From: Chloroflexota bacterium
Lineage (GTDB): Bacteria; Chloroflexota; UBA5177
Direction of reading: 5' to 3'
Length of the DNA stretch: 35,746 bases
NCBI GenBank assembly: GCA_036732245.1
Contig: DAINCT010000001.1
Span: 1 to 35,746 of the forward strand
Both the position numbers and the translations under genes were made by a program. This document shows positions 26,115 to 34,193 of the stretch, piece by piece. Under the pieces are notes generated by a model. The model worked only from the letters and a program-made list of their open reading frames with translations. It ran no database searches and was not told where the DNA came from. Position 1 is the first letter of the stretch; every line of letters begins with the position of its first letter.

Positions 26115-26720
26115 ATGCTGGTTGAACACCGTGGCCATATACCCGTAGTTTCGAACTCCGCGTTCGTTGCATCCACTGCGGTAGTCAGCGGCGCCGTGAC
26201 TCTCGGCGACGGAGTACGTGTGCTGCACGGCGCGGTCCTGAGCGCTGAAGATGGCGAAATCCACATCGAGCAGAACTCGATCATCATGGAGCACGCCCTC
26301 GTGCGCGGCCGGGCCGGTCATGACGTGCGAATCGGCCATTCTGTCATGGTCGGACCTCACGCCCACATCAACGGGGCCGTCATTGAGGAGGGCGCGTTTA
26401 TCGCAACGGGAGCATCCTTGTTTCCGGGCTCCGTGATCGGTGCGGGCGCAGAAGTCCGGATCAATGGGGTGGTCCAGGTCAATACCGAGGTCGCGGCCGG
26501 GACGGTAGTGCCGATCGGCCGGGTAGCCGTCGGAAGTCCCGCGCAGTTGTTTTCGCCCGATCGTCATGATGACGATTTGGGAAATTCAACGGACGCTGAA
26601 TTTTGTCGGAACGGTGTACGGCATCGGGCCGGAGACCACGATGCCGGAGCTCATGCGTCAGCAGTCCGACTGCTACGGAGCCCATCGCGACGATCGCGCG
26701 ATCGAGTAGCTGAAACCTAG
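26115..26720 (+). CDS. Gamma-carbonic-anhydrase-like / left-handed beta-helix (hexapeptide) protein, probable frameshift near 26566-26580
   Basis: Hexapeptide repeats run through ...VGSPAQLFSPDRHDD. The tail in the track frame is Arg/Ser-rich nonsense. The +1 frame instead reads MMTIWEIQRTLNFVGTVYGIGPETTMPELMRQQSDCYGAHRDDRAIE, with a stop at 26706-26708. Confidence 0.7.
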   Translation: MLVEHRGHIPVVSNSAFVASTAVVSGAVTLGDGVRVLHGAVLSAEDGEIHIEQNSIIMEHALVRGRAGHDVRIGHSVMVGPHAHINGAVIEEGAFIATGASLFPGSVIGAGAEVRINGVVQVNTEVAAGTVVPIGRVAVGSPAQLFSPDRHDDDLGNSTDAEFCRNGVRHRAGDHDAGAHASAVRLLRSPSRRSRDRVAET

Positions 26721-27069
26721 CCGGCTGTGACGATGTCGACCGAGATCTCCACGGCCGGTACCGTCCCACGGTTCTCCAGCCAGTGAAGGGTGTTGTGATC
26801 CTCGGGCCAGCCCACACCCGGACCATACTCCGTGGCGACGCCATTTCTATGGTCGGTTATCGTGCCTTGCAGAACGTACACGGTTCCCGGCCTTCCCTTG
26901 TGGTCGTGCACCGGGCCAAACACTCCCCCGGGCTCGATGGTCACCAGACGCATCCGAAGCTGGCGCCCTGTCAAACCGGGATTTCCGGGCCGAGATCAAC
27001 CGTGGCGAGTGGCTGCACCGTCACTCCCCTGGTTTCGGGTACCGACTGCTCAGCGCTCATCGCTCATCG
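26717..27069 (-). pseudogene. Cupin domain protein interrupted by a 1-nt frameshift at about 26972-26982
   Basis: ATG 27069: MSAEQSVPETRGVTVQPLATVDLGPEIP(V-stop). It continues in the adjacent frame as LTGRQLRMRLVTIEPGGVFGPVHDHKG.. (track ORF 26717-26974). One extra G or T in ATCCCGGTTTGACA would restore ...EIPGLTGRQL.... Confidence 0.65.
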
Positions 27070-27189
27070 ATGACGACAGTGTTGCCCGGCTTGATCCCCA
27101 GCTTCCGGGCGACTGTGCTCATTCGTTTCGACCTCTCGTCTTCGTAGTACGTTAACGACTCCAGATCGCGATCGTAGTGAAGGAACAGC

Positions 27190-27375
27190 ATGGATGACAA
27201 GGAACTGCTTGATGGATTTCGCGCGGGCACTCTCGCTACGTTCCCGCATCGAGACCACGCGCGCACCGCTTACCTGCTTCTCGGAAGCCACGGGGTGGAT
27301 GAGGCCACGCATGTGCTCTCAGACCGCATCCGGGCGATGGCCGTTGCTGTGGGCGCCCCCGGCAAGTTCCATGTC
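27190..27375 (+). pseudogene. N-terminal ~60 aa of a small conserved hypothetical protein, truncated by the Tn3 fragment
   Basis: MDDKELLDGFRAGTLATFPHRDHARTAYLLLGSHGVDEATHVLSDRIRAMAVAVGAPGKFHVT looks protein-like. The remainder of the 130-aa ORF is antisense to Tn3-transposase sequence. Confidence 0.4.
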
Positions 27376-27587
27376 ACGGACAATCGGGCGCGGGTCAGCG
27401 CCGGCATGCTTGGCCGGGTGACGGGCTCGAGGCCGATGTTGCAGGCTTCAGCCAATAGAACGGCGCAAATACTGACATCGAGATCATCGGCCCGTGCGGC
27501 GCCTTCAGAAACGTGGGTGAACTCGGTGAGGAAACCAGTCCAGCCGGCAACTTCGAGGAGCAGTTCGGGCAGATCTATGTGAGGCAC
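27365..27587 (-). mobile_element. Tn3-family transposase internal fragment (~70 aa)
   Basis: IDLPELLLEVAGWTGFLTEFTHVSEGAARADDLDVSICAVLLAEACNIGLEPV...PALTRARLS matches the conserved central region of TnpA(Tn3) proteins. This is from recollection of the family. Confidence 0.65.
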
Positions 27588-27672
27588 TTCGCGGTGACGT
27601 CGGCACGGACGGTATTTCGGAGACCGTTTACCGGCCAGTGGTTTTTGTCATGATGATTCATCGACGAGGTTC

Positions 27673-27690
27673 GATTTGAACCTGGGACCC
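27673..27690. repeat. tRNA T-arm-like 18-mer GATTTGAACCTGGGACCC, direct repeat of 27916-27933 (17 of 18)
   Basis: Hand comparison. No acceptor stem or CCA is adjacent, so it is not a tRNA gene. Confidence 0.6.
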
Positions 27691-27900
27691 GTCGACTCCC
27701 AATCAAATCGGAGTGCTTGAGACCCAGCAATTTGACGGACAATCGCAGGCTGACCCCCGAGAAATCAACGATCTGAACCTTTCGTCCGCCGCCGAGAATG
27801 AAAAAAAACAGCGGCGAGAATGGGAGTTTGTAAATTTCAGCGATGCGTCAAGGCAGTAAAAAAGCCCCGATAAACCGCAGTTCATCAGGACTTTTTCTTT

Positions 27901-27934
27901 TGGTCGGGCTGACAGGATTTGAACCTGCGACCCC
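27901..27934 (-). other. 3'-terminal fragment of a tRNA-Pro gene (variable-loop end, T-arm, acceptor 3' strand, ACCA); att-like scar, not an intact tRNA
   Basis: Reverse strand: GGGGTC GCAGG TTCAAAT CCTGT CAGCCCG A CCA. G72 (implying C1:G72) and A73 are bacterial tRNA-Pro hallmarks. The expected 5' strand CGGGCTG and the D and anticodon arms are absent upstream (27935-27980). Confidence 0.7.
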
Positions 27935-28230
27935 TTGGAGGCTCTGACCAAATCTGGTGGTCTCCGGATGTCTCGGGAACTCTCGGATTCCCTTGCGTTC
28001 GCAGGGAACCGGACGGTTCGCTTTCCCCGATTGTACGCGGTCAAATCCGGTTGGTCTCAATTGATTCCGGTGGGAAAGTGTTGGGCATCGCATGGCTCCG
28101 TCAGGATTGTTCGTCTGCCATCCAGCCCAATTCTGCTGCGGCCGCGTGACTTGCGGTCCGGCGTTCGATACGCGCTAAGGTTGCGCGCCGTAAGCCGAGT
28201 CCGACGTCTCACAATCTTTACGTGCCCGCC

Positions 28231-29433
28231 CTACTCGACAGCGTCAAGCAACAGATCGAAGCGACGTGAAACAGCTGCGCCCCGACCGAGCACCTTTTTG
28301 AAATCAACGTCTGTTGCAAGCGCCTCGAGGAGTGGCTTCGCTACTGGCGCGCTCTCTTTGATCAAGTCGACTATCAGCGGAGCCGCACTGTTGCTATAAA
28401 AAACTGGGCGCCCAACGCCCGCACCATATCCGCCAGGCTCCCCGACAAAGCAGAGCGCCATCCACTTGATGATGCCCGGAAGCTGAGTCTCCGGTACGGA
28501 GGCCAATCCGCCGTACTCTCCAAGTTGCCGTAGAGGCTCGCCGTGTTCGGCATTGTTACGCCAGCTATAGGTGGTTGCCTCAAGGCCGGCTAGGTAAGCC
28601 GCAAAAAAGTCGCGTCGCTGGGCCTTGCGAAGATAGATGAGGATTCCGGCTTGCTGCGCGACTCTCACATCGGCATCAGTCAGCAGGTTGCGACCCAGTT
28701 TATTTTGAAGATGCTTTGCCAATTCGACCTTGACCGCATCTCGAGAATGCATTGAGAGCGTTCCAAGTACGTTGTAGGCGTTCTGCCGCACGATATCGAG
28801 TTCAGCGAGGTTCAGTGCCCCGGAAACAAGGAGCTTCAGAATCTCCAGTTGACGAGTGTCCGGTGCGTGCCGAAAATCTTCTACCAGACGCCCATCGGCG
28901 GTCACCAATGCCCCAGTCTGAATGATGTCTTTCACTTCAGTTACTTTGATTAGGGTGACCGGATCCTTCGAAAGAACCGCCTCAATGCAAGTGTTGAAAA
29001 TGTAAACACAGTCTTCAAGAGTCGCCTCGTACTCGGAGTCTTCATGCTCGAGATCCTTCCGAATGTCGTATGCGCGGCCGAGGCGTCTCCATTCCGGACG
29101 AGTAAGCAGCCCTATTCGATACGAAAGCTCAATAATCTTGGCGGTCGAATAATTGTCAACGTCTTCGGCACGGTTGACTGGAGGAAGCCCGTGGCTAGCA
29201 GCAGCCTCTTTGGCGATGTCCAGGCCAGCGATATTGATCTTTTCGCGAAGGTCTTGAATTGCCGCATTAAGAAGGCGCTGACAGGCGCTACTCGGATCCA
29301 CAGGAAGCAGTCGCCTGACGCGGTCGATTAGCCCCTTGGCCTGCCACGCTGGTCGAATCCGCAACATAAGTGACGATATATTGCCGTCGGATACAACGTC
29401 TGTTGTGTTACGTGCAGCTTCTAACTGGCTCAT
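28231..29433 (-). CDS. Hypothetical 400-aa all-helical protein, lower G+C than neighbours; family not recognised
   Basis: Long ORF. ATGA overlap with the upstream 82-aa ORF. Contains one R-x4-H (IRKDLEHED), which is weak evidence on its own. Confidence 0.7.
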   Translation of the reverse strand: MSQLEAARNTTDVVSDGNISSLMLRIRPAWQAKGLIDRVRRLLPVDPSSACQRLLNAAIQDLREKINIAGLDIAKEAAASHGLPPVNRAEDVDNYSTAKIIELSYRIGLLTRPEWRRLGRAYDIRKDLEHEDSEYEATLEDCVYIFNTCIEAVLSKDPVTLIKVTEVKDIIQTGALVTADGRLVEDFRHAPDTRQLEILKLLVSGALNLAELDIVRQNAYNVLGTLSMHSRDAVKVELAKHLQNKLGRNLLTDADVRVAQQAGILIYLRKAQRRDFFAAYLAGLEATTYSWRNNAEHGEPLRQLGEYGGLASVPETQLPGIIKWMALCFVGEPGGYGAGVGRPVFYSNSAAPLIVDLIKESAPVAKPLLEALATDVDFKKVLGRGAAVSRRFDLLLDAVE

Positions 29434-29678
29434 CGTTCCCTCAGACTGTTGGCAAGCCCCACGTTCAACAAATTTGAGTGTAACTTGATCTTTCCGCCAA
29501 AGCGCGCCAACATCGGCGAGATGCGCACGTGATGCTCGTCGAAAAGGTCGGGCTTCGATAAAGGGCGTTCTTCAAGCCAAAAGGCGTTCTTCGAGGCGCT
29601 TCCTAGTACCAACTTGTACAGGGACAGTCCGCCGAGTTCGCCGTCTTGGTAGCAAGTTCTTCTGAATGTGGTCGGCAT
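29430..29678 (-). CDS. Hypothetical 82-aa protein, translationally coupled to the 400-aa gene
   Basis: ORF in track. Its stop overlaps the next start (ATGA at 29430-29433). It lies 60 nt downstream of the hsdR stop. No homology was recognised. Confidence 0.45.
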   Translation of the reverse strand: MPTTFRRTCYQDGELGGLSLYKLVLGSASKNAFWLEERPLSKPDLFDEHHVRISPMLARFGGKIKLHSNLLNVGLANSLRER

Positions 29679-29738
29679 TTCCCACAGATGAAAGACGCCC
29701 CTAGCATCCCACCCGCGCCCAGCGAAGCCACCGCCGCC

Positions 29739-32700
29739 TCATGCGCCCGAACCCCGGTCGTCGGCGTACCGCGGCGCCATCGATTCCATCTGATCCATTA
29801 CGAGCTTGATCGCATCGGGCTGCTTGTCCGGCGGGTACTTGTATTTGACGAGGAGGCGTTTGATCGATGACCGCAGCTTCGCCCGTACGTCGTCGCGAAC
29901 TGTCCAGTCAGTGCGCACGTCGCGGCGCATCACTGATACGAGTTCACGTGCGATCTGCGCCAGCACGTCTTCTCCCTGGCCGGTGACAGCGGATTCGTTC
30001 TGCGCAACCGCGTCGTAGAAGGCAAGTTCGTCGTTCGAGAGCGGGGGCGAGAAGCGCCCGCCGCGGGATGCCTCGGCAGCAACTTCCTTCGCGAGCTCGA
30101 CCAGCTCTGCGATGACCTCCGCCGCGGAGAGCTGCTGGTTCGTGTATCGCTTCATGATCTCGGCTATGCGCTCCGAGAATGCGCGCTGGCGAATGAGGTT
30201 CCCCTGCGTTACGCCGGACCCGGCGTCGACGAGCGACTTGCGCAGCGCCTCGATCGCAAGGTGCGCGTTCGGCGTTGCCTGCGCCTTCGCGAGGAACTCC
30301 GGACCGAGATCGTCGAGCGAAAGTCGCGGCAGCCCGGCGGCGTCGTAGATGTCGAGCACGTCGCCGGTCGACATCGCCTCGGCGACCAGGCCGCTCAGCA
30401 GGCGCTCGATCTCCTTTGGCACCGGCTCGTCGCGCGACTGCCTTTCCATGGCATCGAACTTCGCCATCCACACACGCACTTCTTCGTAGAAGGCGATCTC
30501 ATCGTGAATCTCGGCGAGCCCAACTCGGCCCGAACTCAGCGCCCACGCGCGAGCGAGCGGACCGCTCGCGGCGCGGTAGCGATTCGCGAGCCGGTCGGCG
30601 CCGAGCTCGGGGTCGTTGAGTGGGTTCGCCGCATCCCGCAGAAAGTTCGTCACCGTAGTCGCCGCCGTGAGCATGGCGCGCGGCCCGCCGCGTCGGATGA
30701 CCGCACGCCAATCGCAGTCGGCGAGCATGCCACGGATCTGCGCGACGAGTTCGGTCGCGATCGCCACGGCCTCGTCGACGTCGCGACCGACCGGCCGATT
30801 CGCTTGATCGGCGACCGTGTACTCAGAGAGGGCTTTGGCGAGGTTCTCGGCGAGCGGCGCGTACGCGACGAGCAGACCGTCCTCCTTGCCCTCGAAGGTG
30901 CGGTTCACACGGGCGAGCGTCTGCATGAGCAGCGCGCCCTTGAGCGGGCGATCCAGGTAGAGGGTGTGCAGTGGGGGCGCGTCGAAGCCCGTGAGCATCA
31001 TGTCCTTGACTATGACGAGTTCGAGTTCGTCCGAAGCGTCCTTCAGACGGTCCTTGATCGCCGCGTTCGCGGAGTCCCGACGCACGTGGTCGATGACCGG
31101 CGGATGGTCGGTCGCCGATCCTGAGTAGACCACTTTGATCTTTCCGCCGTCGAGTGTGTCGGAGTGCCAGTCGGGTCGCAGCGCAACAATCGCCGAGTAC
31201 AGGCGCGCGCAAATCTCGCGTGTGCCGCCCACGATGAGCGCCTTTCCCGGAGATCCGACAAACGGGAGCATGCGAGCGCGGCGCTCTTCCCAGTGCGTGA
31301 TCAGATCACCAGCGAGAGTCTCAATGCGCTCTGGTGACCCGTACACGGCATTGACGACAGCGACGGACGCCTCGATCCTGGCGCGCTCGGTGTCGTCGAG
31401 TCCGAGGGTGTACTCGTCAGCGGCGCGATCGATATCCTCGTCGGTCGTACCCTCGGCGAACGACACCTTGATGAGACGCGGCTCGAAGTACACGGGAACT
31501 GTCGCCCCGTCATCGACTGCCCGGGTCAGGTCGTAAATGTCGATGTAGTCGCCGAAGACGGCTTGCGTGTCGCGCTCGGCGAACGAGATCGGAGTTCCAG
31601 TGAATGCGATGAGGGTAGCATTCGGCAACGCGTCTCGCAGGTGGCGTGCATAGCCATCGAGGTCGTCGTAGTGGCTTCGGTGCGCTTCGTCAACGATGAC
31701 GATCACGTTGCGTCGATCCGTCAGCAGGGGATGCTGAGTGCCCGACTGTTTCTCCGATTCGGTCAGCCCGAACTTCTGTAGCGTCGTGAAGTAGATGCCG
31801 CCGGTCACTCGCTGACTGAGCTCGTCGCGCAGCTGCGCGCGATCCCGCACCTGCACCGCCTTCTCGGCGAGCAGCAGGCTCCGGTGGAACGAGCCAAAGA
31901 GCTGACCATCAAGTTCGTTTCGGTCAGTCACAACGATGACGGTGGGGTTCCTGAGCTTCGGATGGCGCGACACCAGATTCGTGTACAGCTCCATCTCCAT
32001 CGACTTGCCCGAGCCCTGAGTGTGCCAGACGACGCCGGCCTTGCCGTTGGTCTCGACTGCCTGGATCGTGCTCCCGACCGCTTTGGTCACGGCGAAATAC
32101 TGGTGGGGCTTCGCGATGCGCTTGACGAGCCCGTCGGAGCCCTCGTCAAAGGCGGTGAAGCTGCGCACGAGCTGCAGAAAGCGCTCCTGGTTGTAGAGGC
32201 CATTGAGCGCGTCGTCGAGAGGAAGCACGTCAAGATCGCCTTCGATGCGCGGTTGCTTCAGCGGAGCACCGTCATCGTCAACATTCCACGGCGCGAAGTG
32301 GTTGAGCGGCGTGAACGGCGTACCGTACCTCGCATCAAGTCCATCGCTCGCGAGAGTGAAGGCGCAAAACCGGAACGCCGTGGGGAACTCGCGCAGGTAG
32401 GTCTGCAGCTGCGCGTGCGCCGGAGCGACCCCGGTGGATGCCGAACCGGCCTTCTTGAGCTCGATAATACTCAGCGGCATGCCGTTGACATAGAGCACGA
32501 TATCGAACCGGCGATGCAGATCGGCGTGCCGGATCGTGACCTGGTTGACCGCCAGCCAGTCATTCTTTTCCGGCGCGCCGAGCAGCCGAATGCGCGGGTT
32601 CTGCTCGAGGCCGTCGCTATCGATGTAGCTGAGCGGATAGCCGCCAACTAGATACTCGTGTATGCGGTGGTTCTCGGTGATCGCGTCGAGCGATTTGGGT

Positions 32701-32924
32701 GCAGCAATCTCAGCGACCGCCTGTTGCAAGAAGGGTGTCGGCACGTCGGGGTTCAGCCGCCGCATCGCGTCGAGCAGGCGGGGACGAATAAGTAGTTCAT
32801 CCCAGGTCTCGCGCTCGGCACTTCCGGGGGCGATCTCTTCGCCGCGTTTCGGCACCCAGAGAAGCGGCTCGGCGAGGGCTTCGAGAGTCGCCTGCTCCCA
32901 GTCGGCTTCGGAGATGCCGGTCAT
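29739..32924 (-). CDS. hsdR: Type I restriction enzyme R subunit (HsdR)
   Basis: N-terminal PD-(D/E)xK region (RFDIVLYVNGMPLSIIELKK). Helicase motifs HTQGSGKSMEM, VIVDEAHRSH and FTGTPI. Start trimmed to ATG 32924 (MTGISEADWEQ...), which overlaps the TGA of the GTPase gene. The 1208-aa track ORF is an Arg-rich upstream extension. Confidence 0.9.
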   Translation of the reverse strand: MTGISEADWEQATLEALAEPLLWVPKRGEEIAPGSAERETWDELLIRPRLLDAMRRLNPDVPTPFLQQAVAEIAAPKSLDAITENHRIHEYLVGGYPLSYIDSDGLEQNPRIRLLGAPEKNDWLAVNQVTIRHADLHRRFDIVLYVNGMPLSIIELKKAGSASTGVAPAHAQLQTYLREFPTAFRFCAFTLASDGLDARYGTPFTPLNHFAPWNVDDDGAPLKQPRIEGDLDVLPLDDALNGLYNQERFLQLVRSFTAFDEGSDGLVKRIAKPHQYFAVTKAVGSTIQAVETNGKAGVVWHTQGSGKSMEMELYTNLVSRHPKLRNPTVIVVTDRNELDGQLFGSFHRSLLLAEKAVQVRDRAQLRDELSQRVTGGIYFTTLQKFGLTESEKQSGTQHPLLTDRRNVIVIVDEAHRSHYDDLDGYARHLRDALPNATLIAFTGTPISFAERDTQAVFGDYIDIYDLTRAVDDGATVPVYFEPRLIKVSFAEGTTDEDIDRAADEYTLGLDDTERARIEASVAVVNAVYGSPERIETLAGDLITHWEERRARMLPFVGSPGKALIVGGTREICARLYSAIVALRPDWHSDTLDGGKIKVVYSGSATDHPPVIDHVRRDSANAAIKDRLKDASDELELVIVKDMMLTGFDAPPLHTLYLDRPLKGALLMQTLARVNRTFEGKEDGLLVAYAPLAENLAKALSEYTVADQANRPVGRDVDEAVAIATELVAQIRGMLADCDWRAVIRRGGPRAMLTAATTVTNFLRDAANPLNDPELGADRLANRYRAASGPLARAWALSSGRVGLAEIHDEIAFYEEVRVWMAKFDAMERQSRDEPVPKEIERLLSGLVAEAMSTGDVLDIYDAAGLPRLSLDDLGPEFLAKAQATPNAHLAIEALRKSLVDAGSGVTQGNLIRQRAFSERIAEIMKRYTNQQLSAAEVIAELVELAKEVAAEASRGGRFSPPLSNDELAFYDAVAQNESAVTGQGEDVLAQIARELVSVMRRDVRTDWTVRDDVRAKLRSSIKRLLVKYKYPPDKQPDAIKLVMDQMESMAPRYADDRGSGA

Positions 32925-34123
32925 GGCTTTGCCGTGTGTTGTGCAGTCATCTTTCGGATGACGTCGAGGAAGGACGGGGCGTATGCTCCCCAGGATTCTG
33001 TGATCTCGTCCAGATCGAGCTTGCCGGTGTGGACCTGTTCGCATAGTCGCACCCACCCCTCTCCGGTGGCGGCCGTGAGCGCGAATGCAACGCCCGCGCC
33101 CACGACGCTTCCTGCGCCGGGGATCAGCTTGAGGAAGCTGCGCGCCAGCGCCTGCCCCGTAATCTGGACACCTAGCTGCGCGAGGGCTCCAGCGGAGAGC
33201 ATGGTCTTGAGCTCGAGGTCGTAAATGGCCGCAATGCGCCCCATCATCGTCAGTTGGATCGGCGCCAGAATTGCGGCGTCCGCGACAGGAACGGGAATCG
33301 CGGCGGCAGCGGCGGCTGCCGACGCGGCTGCCACGATGGCGGGCCGAGCCATCTCGCGCTTCCACGGGAGGTTGAGTCGCTGAGCAACGCGAAAGGCATC
33401 CTTCTCGTTGTCGGGCGAGAGCGCGAGGGTCTCGGTGACGAGCTCACCGAGGCCGTGCCCCGTGCCCTTTCCGTGCTTTCCGGTCGCTGAAGTCAGGATG
33501 ACCCGCTGGATGGGGATGTCGAGCGTCACGCCATGCTCGTCGACCGGATTTTCTAACCAGTCGCGGAACTCTTCGACGTCCTTCGGGGCCGTGCGCTTGC
33601 CTGTCACCGGGTTCTTGGTCCAGTCGACCTTGGTCAGAACGAGAATGACCGGCAGACCCGCGGCATCCATTTCCCTGATCATTTCGATGTCGGGAGCCGT
33701 GAGACGCGGGAGCTGAGACAGCACACAGTACCAGACGACCGAGACCTGCTCGATGGCTGGTCTCTCCGAGATCGTCTTCAGGTGCTTTCGGAGGATGTCG
33801 GCCGGGGCTTCGCGCGACCCGATCTCGAAGCCTTCAAGATCCCAAATTCCGAGCGAGTCATCATCGAAGTAGTGCACTCCCCGGGTCACAGGCAGTCCTT
33901 TGCCTACTTTCGCCAGGTCACGCCCGAACACCGCGTTGACGAGTGACGACTTACCGACGCCCGTTCCGCCGACGATAGCGAGATTGAAACGGCCATACTT
34001 CGACTTCGCCTGCGAATTCGCCTCGATAAATGGTGTGTCATCGATTTCGGCCGCATCGTCCGCGCGATCTTCTGGCTCGGTCGCCATGTTGGGGTTCTCC
34101 TTCTTTTCGTTTTCTGAAGTCAT
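32921..34123 (-). CDS. GTPase (MMR_HSR1/YfjP-like G domain) fused to a DUF697-like Ala/Gly-rich membrane-associating C-terminal domain
   Basis: G1 GGTGVGKSS, G3 WDLEG, G4 TKVD. The C-terminus ...AAIPVPVADAAILAPIQLTMMGRIAAIYDL...LKLIPGAGSVVGAGVAFALTAATGEGW... resembles DUF697 (YcjF-type) by recollection. Confidence 0.8.
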   Translation of the reverse strand: MTSENEKKENPNMATEPEDRADDAAEIDDTPFIEANSQAKSKYGRFNLAIVGGTGVGKSSLVNAVFGRDLAKVGKGLPVTRGVHYFDDDSLGIWDLEGFEIGSREAPADILRKHLKTISERPAIEQVSVVWYCVLSQLPRLTAPDIEMIREMDAAGLPVILVLTKVDWTKNPVTGKRTAPKDVEEFRDWLENPVDEHGVTLDIPIQRVILTSATGKHGKGTGHGLGELVTETLALSPDNEKDAFRVAQRLNLPWKREMARPAIVAAASAAAAAAAIPVPVADAAILAPIQLTMMGRIAAIYDLELKTMLSAGALAQLGVQITGQALARSFLKLIPGAGSVVGAGVAFALTAATGEGWVRLCEQVHTGKLDLDEITESWGAYAPSFLDVIRKMTAQHTAKP

Positions 34124-34193
34124 TTCCTGAACTCAGGGCCAAGGGGGCTCCCTGAGCGAATCGTCGTGAGGACATTGTCATTTGTCGACCGGA

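Noticed and set aside
27057-27266. The 69-aa minus-strand ORF as a possible AbrB/MazE-type antitoxin.
   Set aside because: Only the last 21 codons (MSTVARKLGIKPGNTVVIDER, preceded by GAGAGG) look protein-like, and they resemble the N-terminus of a larger DUF3052-type protein. It is most likely a gene fragment, not a TA component.
27673-27760. Possible intact minus-strand tRNA. It has a T-loop-like GGTTCAAATC, a D-arm-like TGCT-GGGTCTCA-AGCA and an anticodon-loop-like ATTTGAT (UUG).
   Set aside because: There is no 3' T-stem strand, acceptor stem or CCA. The anticodon stem has mismatches and the spacing to the T-loop is wrong. At best it is a degenerate tRNA-derived remnant.
27901-28126. Possible tmRNA (ssrA): a tRNA-like 3' end at 27901 with a potential pairing partner TGGGCTG near 28120.
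   Set aside because: The acceptor has C70 and G72 (Pro-type), not the G3:U70 alanine identity pair. The span is far shorter than actinobacterial tmRNAs. No tag reading frame (...AA-stop) or pseudoknot pattern was found.
29739-33365. The 1208-aa version of HsdR starting at 33365.
   Set aside because: The first ~147 residues are Arg-rich and overlap the GTPase-DUF697 gene out of frame. Conserved HsdR sequence begins at MTGISEADWEQ (ATG 32924), whose ATG overlaps the upstream stop.
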